From positions 45,760 through 109,759 of the forward strand of contig PIVT01000001.1 in NCBI GenBank assembly GCA_003353845.1: a DNA stretch of 64,000 bases, given 5' to 3'. Under the pieces are notes generated by a model. It had not been told where the DNA came from and searched no databases. It worked only from the letters and a program-made list of their open reading frames with translations. This document shows, piece by piece, positions 19,107-28,386 of the stretch. The DNA comes from Pseudomonadota bacterium. GTDB taxonomy: Bacteria > Myxococcota_A > UBA9160 > JADFDR01. A program made the translations under genes and the position numbers. How positions within the stretch are numbered: position 1 is the first letter of the stretch; each line of letters starts with the position of its first letter.

Positions 19107-20045
19107 ATGTCTGAAGAATCCAAAGGGCGAGCCCGTGAGTTTCAGGTGGCGGGCGAAGAGACCGGATCCCGGCTGGACCTCTTTCTGGGCGAAAAACTGG
19201 CCTGTTCACGGGGTGAGGTCCGTCGCATGCTGCGCAGCGGTTTGGTTCGTCTGGACGGCAAAACCGTGGGTGAGCGGGCCAAAGGAGCCATCTTGTCCGC
19301 TGGCCAGCACCTCGAATTAAAGGACGACCGCCCCGCCAGCGCCCTGGAGGCGCGTCCATCGCCCGAAAGCCCGCTGTCGATTCTTGCGCAGGGTTCAGGT
19401 TGGCTGGCCTTGGACAAACCCGCCGGCACTCCCGTGCACCCCTTATCTGAAGCCGAGAGGGACAGCCTGCTCAACGCTTTGATCGCGCGGGTGCCCGAAA
19501 TTCAGGGCGTGGGGGAGGGGGGGCTGCGCAGCGGCGTGGTGCACCGCCTGGATCTGGACACCTCGGGAGTGATTTTGTTTGCCACGGAAGAAAACCGCTG
19601 GCAGCAACTGCGCGAGGCCTTCAAGACGCATGCTGTAGACAAGCGCTACCGCGCCTTGGTTTCGGGAACCCTCGCCGGACAAGGCACTCAATCCTTGTGG
19701 CTGCGGGTTGCTCAGCACCGCCCGGCCGTTGTGCGGGTGGTGGAACCCGATACGGCAGGCGCCTTTTTGACGCGCTTGTCCTGGTCTTGTCTGGAGACTT
19801 TTGACGCGGCCAGCTTGCTGGAGGTTCAACTAGAGACGGGTTTCTTGCATCAAGTGCGCGCTACCTTGGCCCATATGGGTCATCCCGTTTTGGGTGATAC
19901 TTTGTATGGGGAGCCGTCTGCGTCGCCGCCGGCTCGACAAACTCTGCATGCAGCTTCTTTAGAGTGGGGTGAGATTCGAGCGCGCAGCGAAGATCCGCCG
20001 GACTTTGCGGCGCTGTTAACAAGCTTGCGGGAGCGTAATTTTTGA
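19107..20045 (+). CDS. RluA-family 23S rRNA pseudouridine synthase (RluD-like, with S4 domain)
   Basis: An S4-like N-terminus (RLDLFLGEKLACSRGEVRRMLRSGLVRLDG), catalytic HRLDLDTSGVILFA, and a C-terminal GFLHQVRATLAHMGHPVLGDTLYG. The ORF opens at 19038; the ATG at 19107 is taken as start. Confidence 0.85.
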   Translation: MSEESKGRAREFQVAGEETGSRLDLFLGEKLACSRGEVRRMLRSGLVRLDGKTVGERAKGAILSAGQHLELKDDRPASALEARPSPESPLSILAQGSGWLALDKPAGTPVHPLSEAERDSLLNALIARVPEIQGVGEGGLRSGVVHRLDLDTSGVILFATEENRWQQLREAFKTHAVDKRYRALVSGTLAGQGTQSLWLRVAQHRPAVVRVVEPDTAGAFLTRLSWSCLETFDAASLLEVQLETGFLHQVRATLAHMGHPVLGDTLYGEPSASPPARQTLHAASLEWGEIRARSEDPPDFAALLTSLRERNF

Positions 20046-20158
20046 GAGAGTGCGCTCAACGCTGGCTTGGTTGGGCTACCCCTTGGTAGTCTCGGAGTTC
20101 CAATGAACGTGCGGTTGTGGCAAGGCACAGAGCGCTACGCCGAGCCAAAGGGGGAAGT

Positions 20159-21859
20159 ATGCGATTCGTGAAACGACTCGTACTGGGTTTGGTCCTACTC
20201 GCGGTGTTGCTGGCAGTGTTTCAAGGCAGTAGCAAAGTTGAAGTGGAGCCTCGTAGCGTGTTGCTCGTGGAACTCCAGGGCGCTTATGTGGAGGGCCCGG
20301 AACCTCCCCTTCTCAGGCGTATGTTGGGGCAAGTCGAGAGGCCCATGGCCAGCGTTTTGTCCGACTTCGCCAAGGCCGAGCGCGACGATCGTATTGACGT
20401 GGTCATCATCCGAATCAGGGAGCTGCAAATTGGCTGGGCCAAGGTGCAGGAACTCCGCGATGCCATTTTACGCTTGAACGAGGCCGGGCGCGAAACCGTG
20501 GCCTATTTGGAAACCGAGACCTTCGGCTCCAATCAAGAGTTCTATCTGGCCACGGCCGCTGACCAATTGGTGTTGGCACCGGGCACCCGCGCCCCCTTGG
20601 TGGGACTCGCCGCTGAATTTTTCTTTTTGGGCGGCGTTTGGGAAAAGCTTGGAATTGAGTTGGAAGTGGAGCGCATCGGAAAGTACAAGAGCGCGGCCGA
20701 AAGTATCTCCGGCAAGTCCATGTCCGAACCCTCGCGCGAAATGGCCGAGGCCATGCTCGAATCCATTAACAACAGCTTCATCGGTGGCATGGCTCAAGGT
20801 CTGGGACTCAGCGAGGAGCAGATTCGAGCGGCCGTCGACGAAGCCCCGGTCAGGGCCGCGCGCCTGCAGGAATTGGGTTTGATTGACGAGGTCTTGTTCT
20901 TTGATCAACTCTTGGAGCGTTACGAGGACCGACCCACGATGAAGGCCGAGGTCTACGCGGGCGTGGAACCCGCAGATGTGGGATTTGATCCTGTCGCCCG
21001 GTTCGCCGTGATTTATGGCAGCGGCGGTGTCACGCGTCAGCAACGTTCTCAGGCGCGCGGCGGTCCTGTGCTCAACGCGCAAGTGGTTTCCGAGGCCTTG
21101 GATGAGGTGGCCAACGATCCCGAAATCGATGCCATTATATTTCGCGTGGACAGCCCCGGTGGCTCCCCCCTGGCCTCGGACATTGTGTGGCGAGCGGTTG
21201 AGCGCGCCAGAATGAAGAAGCCCGTGGTGGCGAGTCTCTCCGATGTCGCGGCTTCCGGCGGTTATTACGTGGTTTGTGGAGCCGACCGCATCGTCGCCGA
21301 GCCGGCTACGCTCACGGGTTCCATCGGTGTTTTTGCCGTTCGACCGGTTCTCAGCGGTTTCTTGACCAAGTTGGGCATTGGCACGGATTCCATTGTGAAG
21401 GCCGAGCATGCAGGTGTGTTGTTATCGACCAAGAACTTGACCGAAGAGGGGCGAGAGCGTTTCCGTTCCGATATTCGAGAAACCTATAACCAGTTCATCG
21501 GGCGTGTCGCCCAGGGCCGAAACATGAGCTTGGAAGCCGTCAACGAGGTGGGCCAGGGTCGGGTGTGGACGGGTGCGCAGGCTCTGGAGGTCGGGTTGAT
21601 CGACGGGTTGGGCGGACTGCGTGAAGCGGCTTTGCAGGGCAAGGAACTGGTGGGCTTGGAGCCCGATGACGATGTAGCCCTTCTGCCTTATCCACAACCC
21701 AAGCCCCTCGCCGAGCAGATCGGTGAAGTTTTAGGTGGAGCACAGGTGGGTGTGCAGGTTTGGATGCCTTCCTCCCTGCGCAAGCTCGAGAGCATTCTCA
21801 GATTGGTGCCCGAAGGCGCACCCGCAGCCTTGCCGCCTTATTGGGTGGAGATTCATTAA
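20159..21859 (+). CDS. sppA: signal peptide peptidase SppA (67K type, duplicated domain)
   Basis: N-terminal TM segment LVLGLVLLAVLLAV. Two ClpP/crotonase-like halves, with the second carrying SLSDVAASGGYYVVCGADRIVAEPATLTGSIGV. The ATG at 20159 is preceded by GGGGGAAG; the ORF opens at 20117. Confidence 0.85.
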   Translation: MRFVKRLVLGLVLLAVLLAVFQGSSKVEVEPRSVLLVELQGAYVEGPEPPLLRRMLGQVERPMASVLSDFAKAERDDRIDVVIIRIRELQIGWAKVQELRDAILRLNEAGRETVAYLETETFGSNQEFYLATAADQLVLAPGTRAPLVGLAAEFFFLGGVWEKLGIELEVERIGKYKSAAESISGKSMSEPSREMAEAMLESINNSFIGGMAQGLGLSEEQIRAAVDEAPVRAARLQELGLIDEVLFFDQLLERYEDRPTMKAEVYAGVEPADVGFDPVARFAVIYGSGGVTRQQRSQARGGPVLNAQVVSEALDEVANDPEIDAIIFRVDSPGGSPLASDIVWRAVERARMKKPVVASLSDVAASGGYYVVCGADRIVAEPATLTGSIGVFAVRPVLSGFLTKLGIGTDSIVKAEHAGVLLSTKNLTEEGRERFRSDIRETYNQFIGRVAQGRNMSLEAVNEVGQGRVWTGAQALEVGLIDGLGGLREAALQGKELVGLEPDDDVALLPYPQPKPLAEQIGEVLGGAQVGVQVWMPSSLRKLESILRLVPEGAPAALPPYWVEIH

Positions 21860-21915
21860 GGCGTCTACTCGGTCTGATTTGTCGAATTCGTTTAAAGTAA
21901 GGCCGCGCGTGAGGC

Positions 21916-23460
21916 TTAGCCGATAACCAGATCGGGCGTGGGAAGCCCGCGCTCCCTGGCGTAGTGGCTGAGGGCCTTGAGTCCCCCTTTGAAGTGGTGG
22001 GCACGCACGCCCAGTCTTGACAGCAACTCTGCCAGTTGGGCCGACTTGATCTCGTACTCACAGTAGAACACGTAAGTTTGATTGCGATCAAAAGCCTTGT
22101 AGGCCGTCAGTGCCTGATTGAACTCCAAGTGCAGGGCTTCGCCATAGTGCCACCCCTTGTAGGCGGCTTGGGAGCGCAGGTCGATGACGACGGCCTCATG
22201 GGGAATCTCCTGGATGGCTAGCTCCGGCAGGGTTTGCGCATGGAGATCCAGGTTGCGCAAATCGAAGATCGAACGCGTGGCGATGAGTTCCGTTAGCAAC
22301 TCGCTGACCTGGGATTTTTCCAGGTACTCTTCTTGTCGCTCAATGTCTTTCAGTTTTGCAGCTGTCGCCGGGCCGCGGCTCACCATGGCACAGTGCTCCC
22401 GTACTTTGGAAGCGCGTTCATAGGTGCCGACGACCTTGGACTGTTCGATGATTTCTTCTTTGTTCATCCCCACCACGGGGCGCAGGATGGGCAGGGTCGT
22501 GGCACGTGAGATCACCGCCATGTTCTGCAAGGTCTGCGAGGACACCTGTCCCACGGCGTCCCCCTTCACCAGCGCAATGGCTCGGATCTCCTCGGCCAAG
22601 GCATCGGCCACGCGCACCATCAGCCGCTTGAGCACGACTTGCCAGTAGCGTCGGTCCACATGCTCTTGGATGGCGTGCATGAGCGGCTCGAAGTTCACGG
22701 TGTGCAGTTTGGGCCGTGTGCCGTAGGACCAATCGTCAGCCAATATCTTGGCCACACCCAATACATCCAACTCGTGTACCGAACCGCCCATATTGCAGAA
22801 CAGGTAATCCAGCGAAACTCCGCGGCGCAGCATTTGCCAGGCGGCCACGGGTGAATCGAAGCCACCGGAAATCAAGCACAAGGCTTTGCCTTCGACGCCC
22901 ACAGGTAAACCTGCTTGTCCCGCGACACGCTCTGAAAAGAAGTAGGCCTGCCCCTCGTAGCATTCTACGCCTACCGTGATCTCGGGTTGCTTCAGGTCCA
23001 CGCCGGCGGCATAGGGGAAGAGCGCGGTCCCCAATTGTTTTTCGACGTCGTTGGAGGTGAAGCTGAGGTGGGCGCGATCTCCGACGCGGCGCGCGCGCAC
23101 GGCGAAGCGCTTGCCCTTGACCTGATCGCGGAACAACTCCAGCCCGAACTCCAGAATTTCATCCAAGGATTCCCCGCGGCGCATCTCGACACGGGAAAGG
23201 GACTGGACGCCAAAAACCCGGGCAACGATGGGGAGGGCCCTTTCGTCGCCCACATCGATGAACAGCCGGCTATGGCTTCGATCAAAGCGTGCCGGAATCT
23301 GCGCCCTCTTGAGCGCCTCCTTGATATTTTTACGCATTCTGGAAATAAAATGCTTCCGCGTTGGCGCTGCCTTGGTGCTGATCTCGCCGGAAAAGCGCAA
23401 GAGAAGGCGAATGGGCAACACCTCTTCCTCGGGGCTCTCTGTTGCGGGATGGGTAGACAA
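21916..23460 (-). CDS. thiI: tRNA 4-thiouridine(8) synthase ThiI with C-terminal rhodanese domain
   Basis: N-terminus LLLRFSGEISTKAAPTRKHF (ferredoxin-like/THUMP), PP-loop LISGGFDSPVAAW, and a rhodanese-type C-terminus (YVFYCEYEIKSAQ with Cys). The ORF track extends to 23682. A TTG at 23460 preceded by GGAG (7-nt spacer) gives a normal-length protein. Confidence 0.85.
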   Translation of the reverse strand: MSTHPATESPEEEVLPIRLLLRFSGEISTKAAPTRKHFISRMRKNIKEALKRAQIPARFDRSHSRLFIDVGDERALPIVARVFGVQSLSRVEMRRGESLDEILEFGLELFRDQVKGKRFAVRARRVGDRAHLSFTSNDVEKQLGTALFPYAAGVDLKQPEITVGVECYEGQAYFFSERVAGQAGLPVGVEGKALCLISGGFDSPVAAWQMLRRGVSLDYLFCNMGGSVHELDVLGVAKILADDWSYGTRPKLHTVNFEPLMHAIQEHVDRRYWQVVLKRLMVRVADALAEEIRAIALVKGDAVGQVSSQTLQNMAVISRATTLPILRPVVGMNKEEIIEQSKVVGTYERASKVREHCAMVSRGPATAAKLKDIERQEEYLEKSQVSELLTELIATRSIFDLRNLDLHAQTLPELAIQEIPHEAVVIDLRSQAAYKGWHYGEALHLEFNQALTAYKAFDRNQTYVFYCEYEIKSAQLAELLSRLGVRAHHFKGGLKALSHYARERGLPTPDLVIG

Positions 23461-23798
23461 GCTTTTACTCCGAAGGCTTAGGGAAGATGCCGCGTACCAC
23501 AGGGTAGGGGGCTCAAACCGAAGCTCCAAGATAGAAGGTGTAATGGGCAATGGGCAAAAGAGTCTGGGGTGGTTGGAGGCGTGAGGCAAATCACGGTCGC
23601 CCGGGTTGAATCTTCGATAAGGGTTAACTGTTCCTTGTTCTTTTGGTTTGTGGCTTGCGCGGAAGCGTACAAGTCCACACAATATGAGGTGCTAATTGGA
23701 GATACGGGTGAATTTCCTGCCACGAGCCGTATCGAACCCAGGGTTGGGGGATGAAGCCCATCGTTTAAGCAGGAAACCATAGATCAGGAGACCCCGAC

Positions 23799-24317
23799 AT
23801 GCATCGAGGATCATTCTTTAAACATTTGATCGTAGGCCTTTCCGCGTTATTCCTTGCCGTTGGATGTGCGAGTACTTCCACTAAAACAGAAGATCTGGGA
23901 TCTGGCGGCTCCGGCTCCGGCTCCGACGGCGGGTATGTCGATACGACTGATATGGACGCAGCCGGGCCCGAAGCCCGTGCCGAGCTCGACAAGATTTATT
24001 TTGATTATGATCGCGCTCTGGTGCGAGACGATATGAAAGACGCCCTTCGCTCCAACGCGGAAAAGATTCTGGCCAACACGAGTTGGGGAGCCATTATTGT
24101 CGAAGGGCATTGCGATGAGCGCGGCAGTGAAGAGTATAACTTTGCACTGGGTGAGCGCCGTGCGGCAACCGTCAAGAAATACCTCGTGGCTTTGGGTGTC
24201 CCCAGCAATCGCTTGGAGACGGTGAGCTTCGGAGAAACGCAGCCCGTGGCGGGTGGTCACGACGAATCGTCTTGGGGCCGAAACCGACGCGCTGAATTCC
24301 GATCCTCATCGCAGTAA
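23799..24317 (+). CDS. pal: peptidoglycan-associated lipoprotein (OmpA-family)
   Basis: 172 aa. Signal peptide plus lipobox LAVGC, a Gly/Ser linker, and an OmpA_C core IYFDYDRALVRDD...EGHCDERGSEEYNFALGERRAATVKKYL...NRRAEF. Confidence 0.88.
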   Translation: MHRGSFFKHLIVGLSALFLAVGCASTSTKTEDLGSGGSGSGSDGGYVDTTDMDAAGPEARAELDKIYFDYDRALVRDDMKDALRSNAEKILANTSWGAIIVEGHCDERGSEEYNFALGERRAATVKKYLVALGVPSNRLETVSFGETQPVAGGHDESSWGRNRRAEFRSSSQ

Positions 24318-24367
24318 ATAGGTGTAGCTGGCGTCTCATGGTTGAGCGCTGAGCCAAAGTCAGTATC

Positions 24368-24407
24368 CGAGGGGAAGAGCCATAGGCTCTTCCCCTCGCT
24401 GTTTGTA
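24368..24407 (+). terminator. intrinsic terminator after pal
   Basis: A perfect 14-bp stem CGAGGGGAAGAGCC (24368-24381) pairs with GGCTCTTCCCCTCG (24385-24398) around a 3-nt loop. It is followed by the T-containing tract CTGTTTGT. Confidence 0.6.
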
Positions 24408-24478
24408 AAGTGTTTGCGTATTTCCTGTGTTGTGGCTGTGTGGTGCCCGTGCAGTACCTGTGAAGCCCCGAATAGTTA

Positions 24479-27247
24479 TTGAAAGATAAGACTTTGGTTG
24501 ATCCAAGTGCGTTGAGAACGGAGCGGTTGACCCTGGCGCAAGCTGGGATCGAACCCCAGGGCCTGCAGGCCCTGGCGCCCCTACTCGACGAAACAGGTAG
24601 CCTGGTTTTTTTTGAATGCTGGCCCTGTGAACCGGGTTCCGACCTGTCTTTGGAAGAGTTGGAACTGACAGCGCTGCGCTTGGAACCTGGTTCCTGTGAA
24701 TTTGCCCTGCGCAAAGCCGTGGGGGTCGATGCTTTCCCGGCCTTGCTGCGGGAGATGGAAGATTGCGTTCCCGTTGTACTGGACCTGCCGGCCAGGCGAA
24801 TTTTTTTCACCTCACTGGGTGTGGAGGCCTTCAAGCCGGCCCGCAGCTTGGATCTCTTGGATCTCTTTGCGCTGACGCACCCCGATGCGCCGGATCTGGG
24901 TCGGGAAACCGTAGAGCGCCTCACTCGTGGCGAGCTTTCCGTCTCAGGTTCCGCCCAGGGTTCCGCCCTGGGTTTGCTGCAGGCCTTGCTGGCCATGGTC
25001 GAGGGTGCACGTGCCGGGGAGCTGCGTTACCGGGCGGCGGCACGTGCGCTGGCCTCCTATGTTCCCAACTCGGTGTGGCGCAAGGTCTTGGGAGAGGTGC
25101 CCACGATCCCGGTGGAGTCCGAGCAGCCCGATTACTTGATCGTTGGGGAGTCTTGCGAAAAACCAGTCCCCTTTGACGAAGAAGCCATCGCCGCAGCCTT
25201 GAGTGATGAGGAGCGCGGTCGTCGCCACTTTCCCGGATATCGCGTGCGTCGAGAGCAGGTGGATCTGGCCCGGCAGTTTGTCCATGTGTTGCAGAAAGGG
25301 AAGTTTGGCTTGTTGGAGGGAGGGACCGGCGTGGGTAAGTCCCTGGCTTATCTCGCGGCTGTGATTCCTTACGTCCTGGTTGGGCCGGGGGCCGACCAAA
25401 AACGGCCCGTGGTGATTTCGACGCGCACCAAGCTTTTACAAGATCAGCTAACCCGAAAGGACATTGCGGCAGCGGCCAGGTTCTTAGGGCATTCCGAGTT
25501 GCGTGCGACTTCCATCAAGGGTCGCGCCAATTATGCCTGCCAGCGTCGCTTGTCCGGGACCCTGGTGGAAGGGGCGCAACCTCTCGCCTTTGAGCAGGAC
25601 CGCTACGCCTACGCCATTTTGGAAGTAGCGGCCTCTGTTCGCAGCCATGGTGAGGTGGCTTCCTTGCCGCGCAGTTTCCATCGTCGCTACCCCTTGCTGA
25701 ATTCCTTGGTACGGCAAGCGGTGAGCACGCGCTCCGATCAGTGCTCGCGCGAAGAATGCGCTGTTTCTTACGGCTGCGCTTTTGGGGAGCGCCGGCGCGC
25801 TTTGTCCAGCGCCCAGCTCTTGGTGGTCAATCACGACTTGCTCCTGCGCTGGCCGACGGACTACCCGGCCTACGGTGATGTCATCGTGGATGAGGCCCAC
25901 GAACTGCCCGGAGTGGCCGATGAGGTCTACGCCATTGGAATTCGGCCCGAAGAGATTTTGGAGCGCTTCGACGAGGTGTTTGGATTAGGGCGCTCCCAAA
26001 CCAGCCTGTTCATGCCCGCCACCCTGAACAAAGTGGACAAGAAACTGCAGGCCTGGCGCATGGATTTGCGCCAGGATCTGGTAGCGCTAGGCGCGGAAGT
26101 ATGTGAATATGCTAACGAATACGGTGAACTCGAAGTGCCCTCCCGGCCGGGCTCCAGCTTTGAAGAGGCGGCCGAGGCCGCGCAGATATTGAGTGATCGT
26201 TTTGTTTTCATCTCTGGGGAAATGGAGCGTCTTCGTGAATTGGAAGAAGAACGGAGTGATAAGGGAACCTCCATCCGGCGGATCGAGGATGAGTTCCTCA
26301 CGGCCGCCAGCGCTTTGCTCCGCGTATTCTCAGGAGAAGAGACCACCGTCTCCGCCTTCGAGGGCTTGAAAGACCCCTTCGATCGCTGGAAGCTCAGTGT
26401 GCGGCCCGTGTCGCCGGCCTTGCAGTTCCACCAGAGTTTTCTCGCGCAGCTCGATTCTTTTGCGGCGGTCTCAGCGACCTTGTTTATGGATGGAGATTCC
26501 TTTGCCGCCTTGGGCGAACTGGAGCTTGAGGATTGGGCAGAGGAGCGACTGCTGAGCACCACGGTGCTCAGCCCCTTTCCCTACGAAGAGCAAATGCGTG
26601 TGGCGGCCATGCGCAGTCGCGGTGACTTGGTGGAGGAAATGGCCCTGGTTTTGCAGCTCCTGGCGCAGCGCCTGGGCGGTCGCACACTGGGCTTGTTTAC
26701 CAGTTTGAAACGCATGCAAGAAGCTGCCGCCCTGTTGAAGCCAAGCTTGGCGAAAGCTGGAATCGAAGTGTTGGTGCCCAGTGCCTCGGGCGACGATCCC
26801 GCCGCCCTGGTGGAACGCTTTCGCAAGTCGGAGCACGCCGTATTGTTGGGTGCGCGTACGTTCTGGCAAGGATTGGACTTGCCGGGGGACACCTTGCAGG
26901 CCGTGGTCATTGAAAAGCTGCCTTTCGAGGTGCCGACGCAGTTGCGCAAGCGGCGTGAGGAGCGCCTGCGGTCCGGCGGGATAGATGCCTTTCGCAGGTA
27001 TACCTTGGGGAAAATGCTGCTTTCCTTGAAACAAATGGCGGGCCGGCTGATTCGCAGCGAGGAGGACCGAGGGGTGGTGGTGATCGTGGAAAGCCGCCAT
27101 GACCGTTCCTATTTTTATCGACTGGGCGACGCTTTCCCGGACGGTGTGGAAGTGGCACTCACCCAGAGCGACCACTTAACTGGTTTGGTGGATGCGCTGG
27201 GTATCCCAGACGCCAGCGCGGGATCTCCTGGCAGCAAAGGACGCTAA
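24479..27247 (+). CDS. dinG: DinG/XPD-family ATP-dependent DNA helicase with ~270-aa N-terminal extension
   Basis: 922 aa. Walker A GGTGVGKS (about nt 25318-25341), DEAH box VIVDEAHELP, and four Cys in the Fe-S insertion (ANYACQRR, SDQCSREECAVSYGC). C-terminal helicase_C_2 motifs are VLLGARTFWQGLDLPG and QMAGRLIRSEEDRG. The TTG start at 24479 is uncertain. Confidence 0.8.
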   Translation: MKDKTLVDPSALRTERLTLAQAGIEPQGLQALAPLLDETGSLVFFECWPCEPGSDLSLEELELTALRLEPGSCEFALRKAVGVDAFPALLREMEDCVPVVLDLPARRIFFTSLGVEAFKPARSLDLLDLFALTHPDAPDLGRETVERLTRGELSVSGSAQGSALGLLQALLAMVEGARAGELRYRAAARALASYVPNSVWRKVLGEVPTIPVESEQPDYLIVGESCEKPVPFDEEAIAAALSDEERGRRHFPGYRVRREQVDLARQFVHVLQKGKFGLLEGGTGVGKSLAYLAAVIPYVLVGPGADQKRPVVISTRTKLLQDQLTRKDIAAAARFLGHSELRATSIKGRANYACQRRLSGTLVEGAQPLAFEQDRYAYAILEVAASVRSHGEVASLPRSFHRRYPLLNSLVRQAVSTRSDQCSREECAVSYGCAFGERRRALSSAQLLVVNHDLLLRWPTDYPAYGDVIVDEAHELPGVADEVYAIGIRPEEILERFDEVFGLGRSQTSLFMPATLNKVDKKLQAWRMDLRQDLVALGAEVCEYANEYGELEVPSRPGSSFEEAAEAAQILSDRFVFISGEMERLRELEEERSDKGTSIRRIEDEFLTAASALLRVFSGEETTVSAFEGLKDPFDRWKLSVRPVSPALQFHQSFLAQLDSFAAVSATLFMDGDSFAALGELELEDWAEERLLSTTVLSPFPYEEQMRVAAMRSRGDLVEEMALVLQLLAQRLGGRTLGLFTSLKRMQEAAALLKPSLAKAGIEVLVPSASGDDPAALVERFRKSEHAVLLGARTFWQGLDLPGDTLQAVVIEKLPFEVPTQLRKRREERLRSGGIDAFRRYTLGKMLLSLKQMAGRLIRSEEDRGVVVIVESRHDRSYFYRLGDAFPDGVEVALTQSDHLTGLVDALGIPDASAGSPGSKGR

Positions 27248-27352
27248 ATCGCGCCCTCCTACAGGGTTTTAGAGACCCTGCACGCTCTGACAAGAGCGGA
27301 TCCTTCCGCTAGCCTCTCGCGGCGTTCCGCGACGAATTGCTGACGGGGGACG

Positions 27353-27420
27353 TGTGAGCTGGACATGTGAGCCGAAAGAGCGACGGACTATTTGAGATCT
27401 TGAGATCGATCCCCGAGATC
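27353..27420 (+). promoter_or_regulatory. repeat cluster in the leader of the FAS-like operon (candidate operator/regulatory sites)
   Basis: Direct repeat TGTGAGC at 27353-27359 and 27366-27372. GAGATC occurs three times (27394, 27402, 27415), giving four GATC sites within 25 bp. The cluster ends 6 nt before the GAGGAAGGA RBS of the TTG start at 27442. Confidence 0.25.
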
Positions 27421-27441
27421 TAGAACGAGGAAGGAAATCCC

Positions 27442-28386
27442 TTGGCGACAGAGTTTCCCCGCGATCAATGGGCAGTCATATTGGGTGGATCGAGCGGTTT
27501 TGGGCTGGCGACGGCTCAGCAATTGGCGGCCCACGGACTTAAAATTTGCATCGTACACCGCGATCGGCGCGGCGCGATGGCCGACATCGAGCCCGAATTC
27601 GAGAAAATCCGGAAGAGTGGCGTTGAACTACGCACCTTTAATGCGGATGCCCTGGCCGCAGACGTCCGCGCTGAGATTCTGGATGAACTCTCCAAGGAGA
27701 TGAGAGGAGAGGGCAAAGTCCGTGTGCTGATGCATTCCATTGCCTTCGGCAATCTCAAGCTCATCGCCCCAGAGCACCCGGCGAACAACGATGCCCGCGC
27801 GGCCTTGGCAGTCAAGCTTGGCATTCCCGAGGAGGATCTGGCCGGTGCCGTGGATGAACTCTTCGACGAAGGGGTGGCCGCCATGTCGGGCCTGGCCACA
27901 GCTCCCAAGTACGCCGAGAGCTATATGGAAGAAGAGGATGTGGCGCGCACCATTCACGCCATGGGAACGAGTATGTTGTCGTGGACCCAAGACCTCAGGG
28001 CGCGGGGCCTGTTTGCTGCCGACGCACGTGTCTTTGGCTTGACCAGCGAAGGCAATACCGTGGCTTGGAAGGGATACGCGGGTGTGGCGGCGGCCAAGGT
28101 GGCCTTGGAGTCCGTTTCCCGATCCATTGCGACAGAGTTGGGTCCCTTCGGTATTCGATCAAATATCATTCAAGCGGGCGTGACGGACACACCGGCACTT
28201 CGCATGATCCCTGGAAATGCCTTCTTGAAAGCACAAGCCGTGACGCGCAACCCCATGGGTCGCTTGACGACACCTAAAGACGTAGCCAGTGTAATCTGTT
28301 TGTTATCGACGGATGAAGCAGGCTGGATCAATGGTGAGCTTATTCGCGTCGATGGTGGAGAGCACATTTCGGGAGCAACGCGTTGA
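27442..28386 (+). CDS. SDR-type enoyl-ACP reductase candidate (FabI/FabL-like Y-x6-K; FabV/TER-like glycine motif)
   Basis: 314 aa. Dinucleotide motif VILGGSSGFGLA and catalytic region WKGYAGVAAAKVALES (Tyr-x6-Lys). It is the first gene of the FAS-like operon, with a TTG start and strong RBS. Confidence 0.55.
   Translation: MATEFPRDQWAVILGGSSGFGLATAQQLAAHGLKICIVHRDRRGAMADIEPEFEKIRKSGVELRTFNADALAADVRAEILDELSKEMRGEGKVRVLMHSIAFGNLKLIAPEHPANNDARAALAVKLGIPEEDLAGAVDELFDEGVAAMSGLATAPKYAESYMEEEDVARTIHAMGTSMLSWTQDLRARGLFAADARVFGLTSEGNTVAWKGYAGVAAAKVALESVSRSIATELGPFGIRSNIIQAGVTDTPALRMIPGNAFLKAQAVTRNPMGRLTTPKDVASVICLLSTDEAGWINGELIRVDGGEHISGATR

Noticed and set aside
21688-21696. A perfect DnaA-box 9-mer TTATCCACA.
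   Set aside because: It is a single occurrence inside the sppA coding sequence (encoding PYPQP), far from dnaA and with no neighbouring boxes. It is most likely chance.
21916-23682. Long N-terminal extensions given by the ORF track for thiI (to 23682), cofH (from 42141), mutY (to 54994), sfsA (to 55836), smr (to 53855), the PLP enzyme (to 50758), the CinA-like gene (from 50705), the KAS (from 31109) and rluD-like (from 19038).
   Set aside because: The extensions are Arg/Pro/Ser-rich, overlap upstream genes and precede the conserved family N-termini. Internal starts with an RBS or with 4-nt stop/start overlaps give normal-length proteins. The starts remain unverified.
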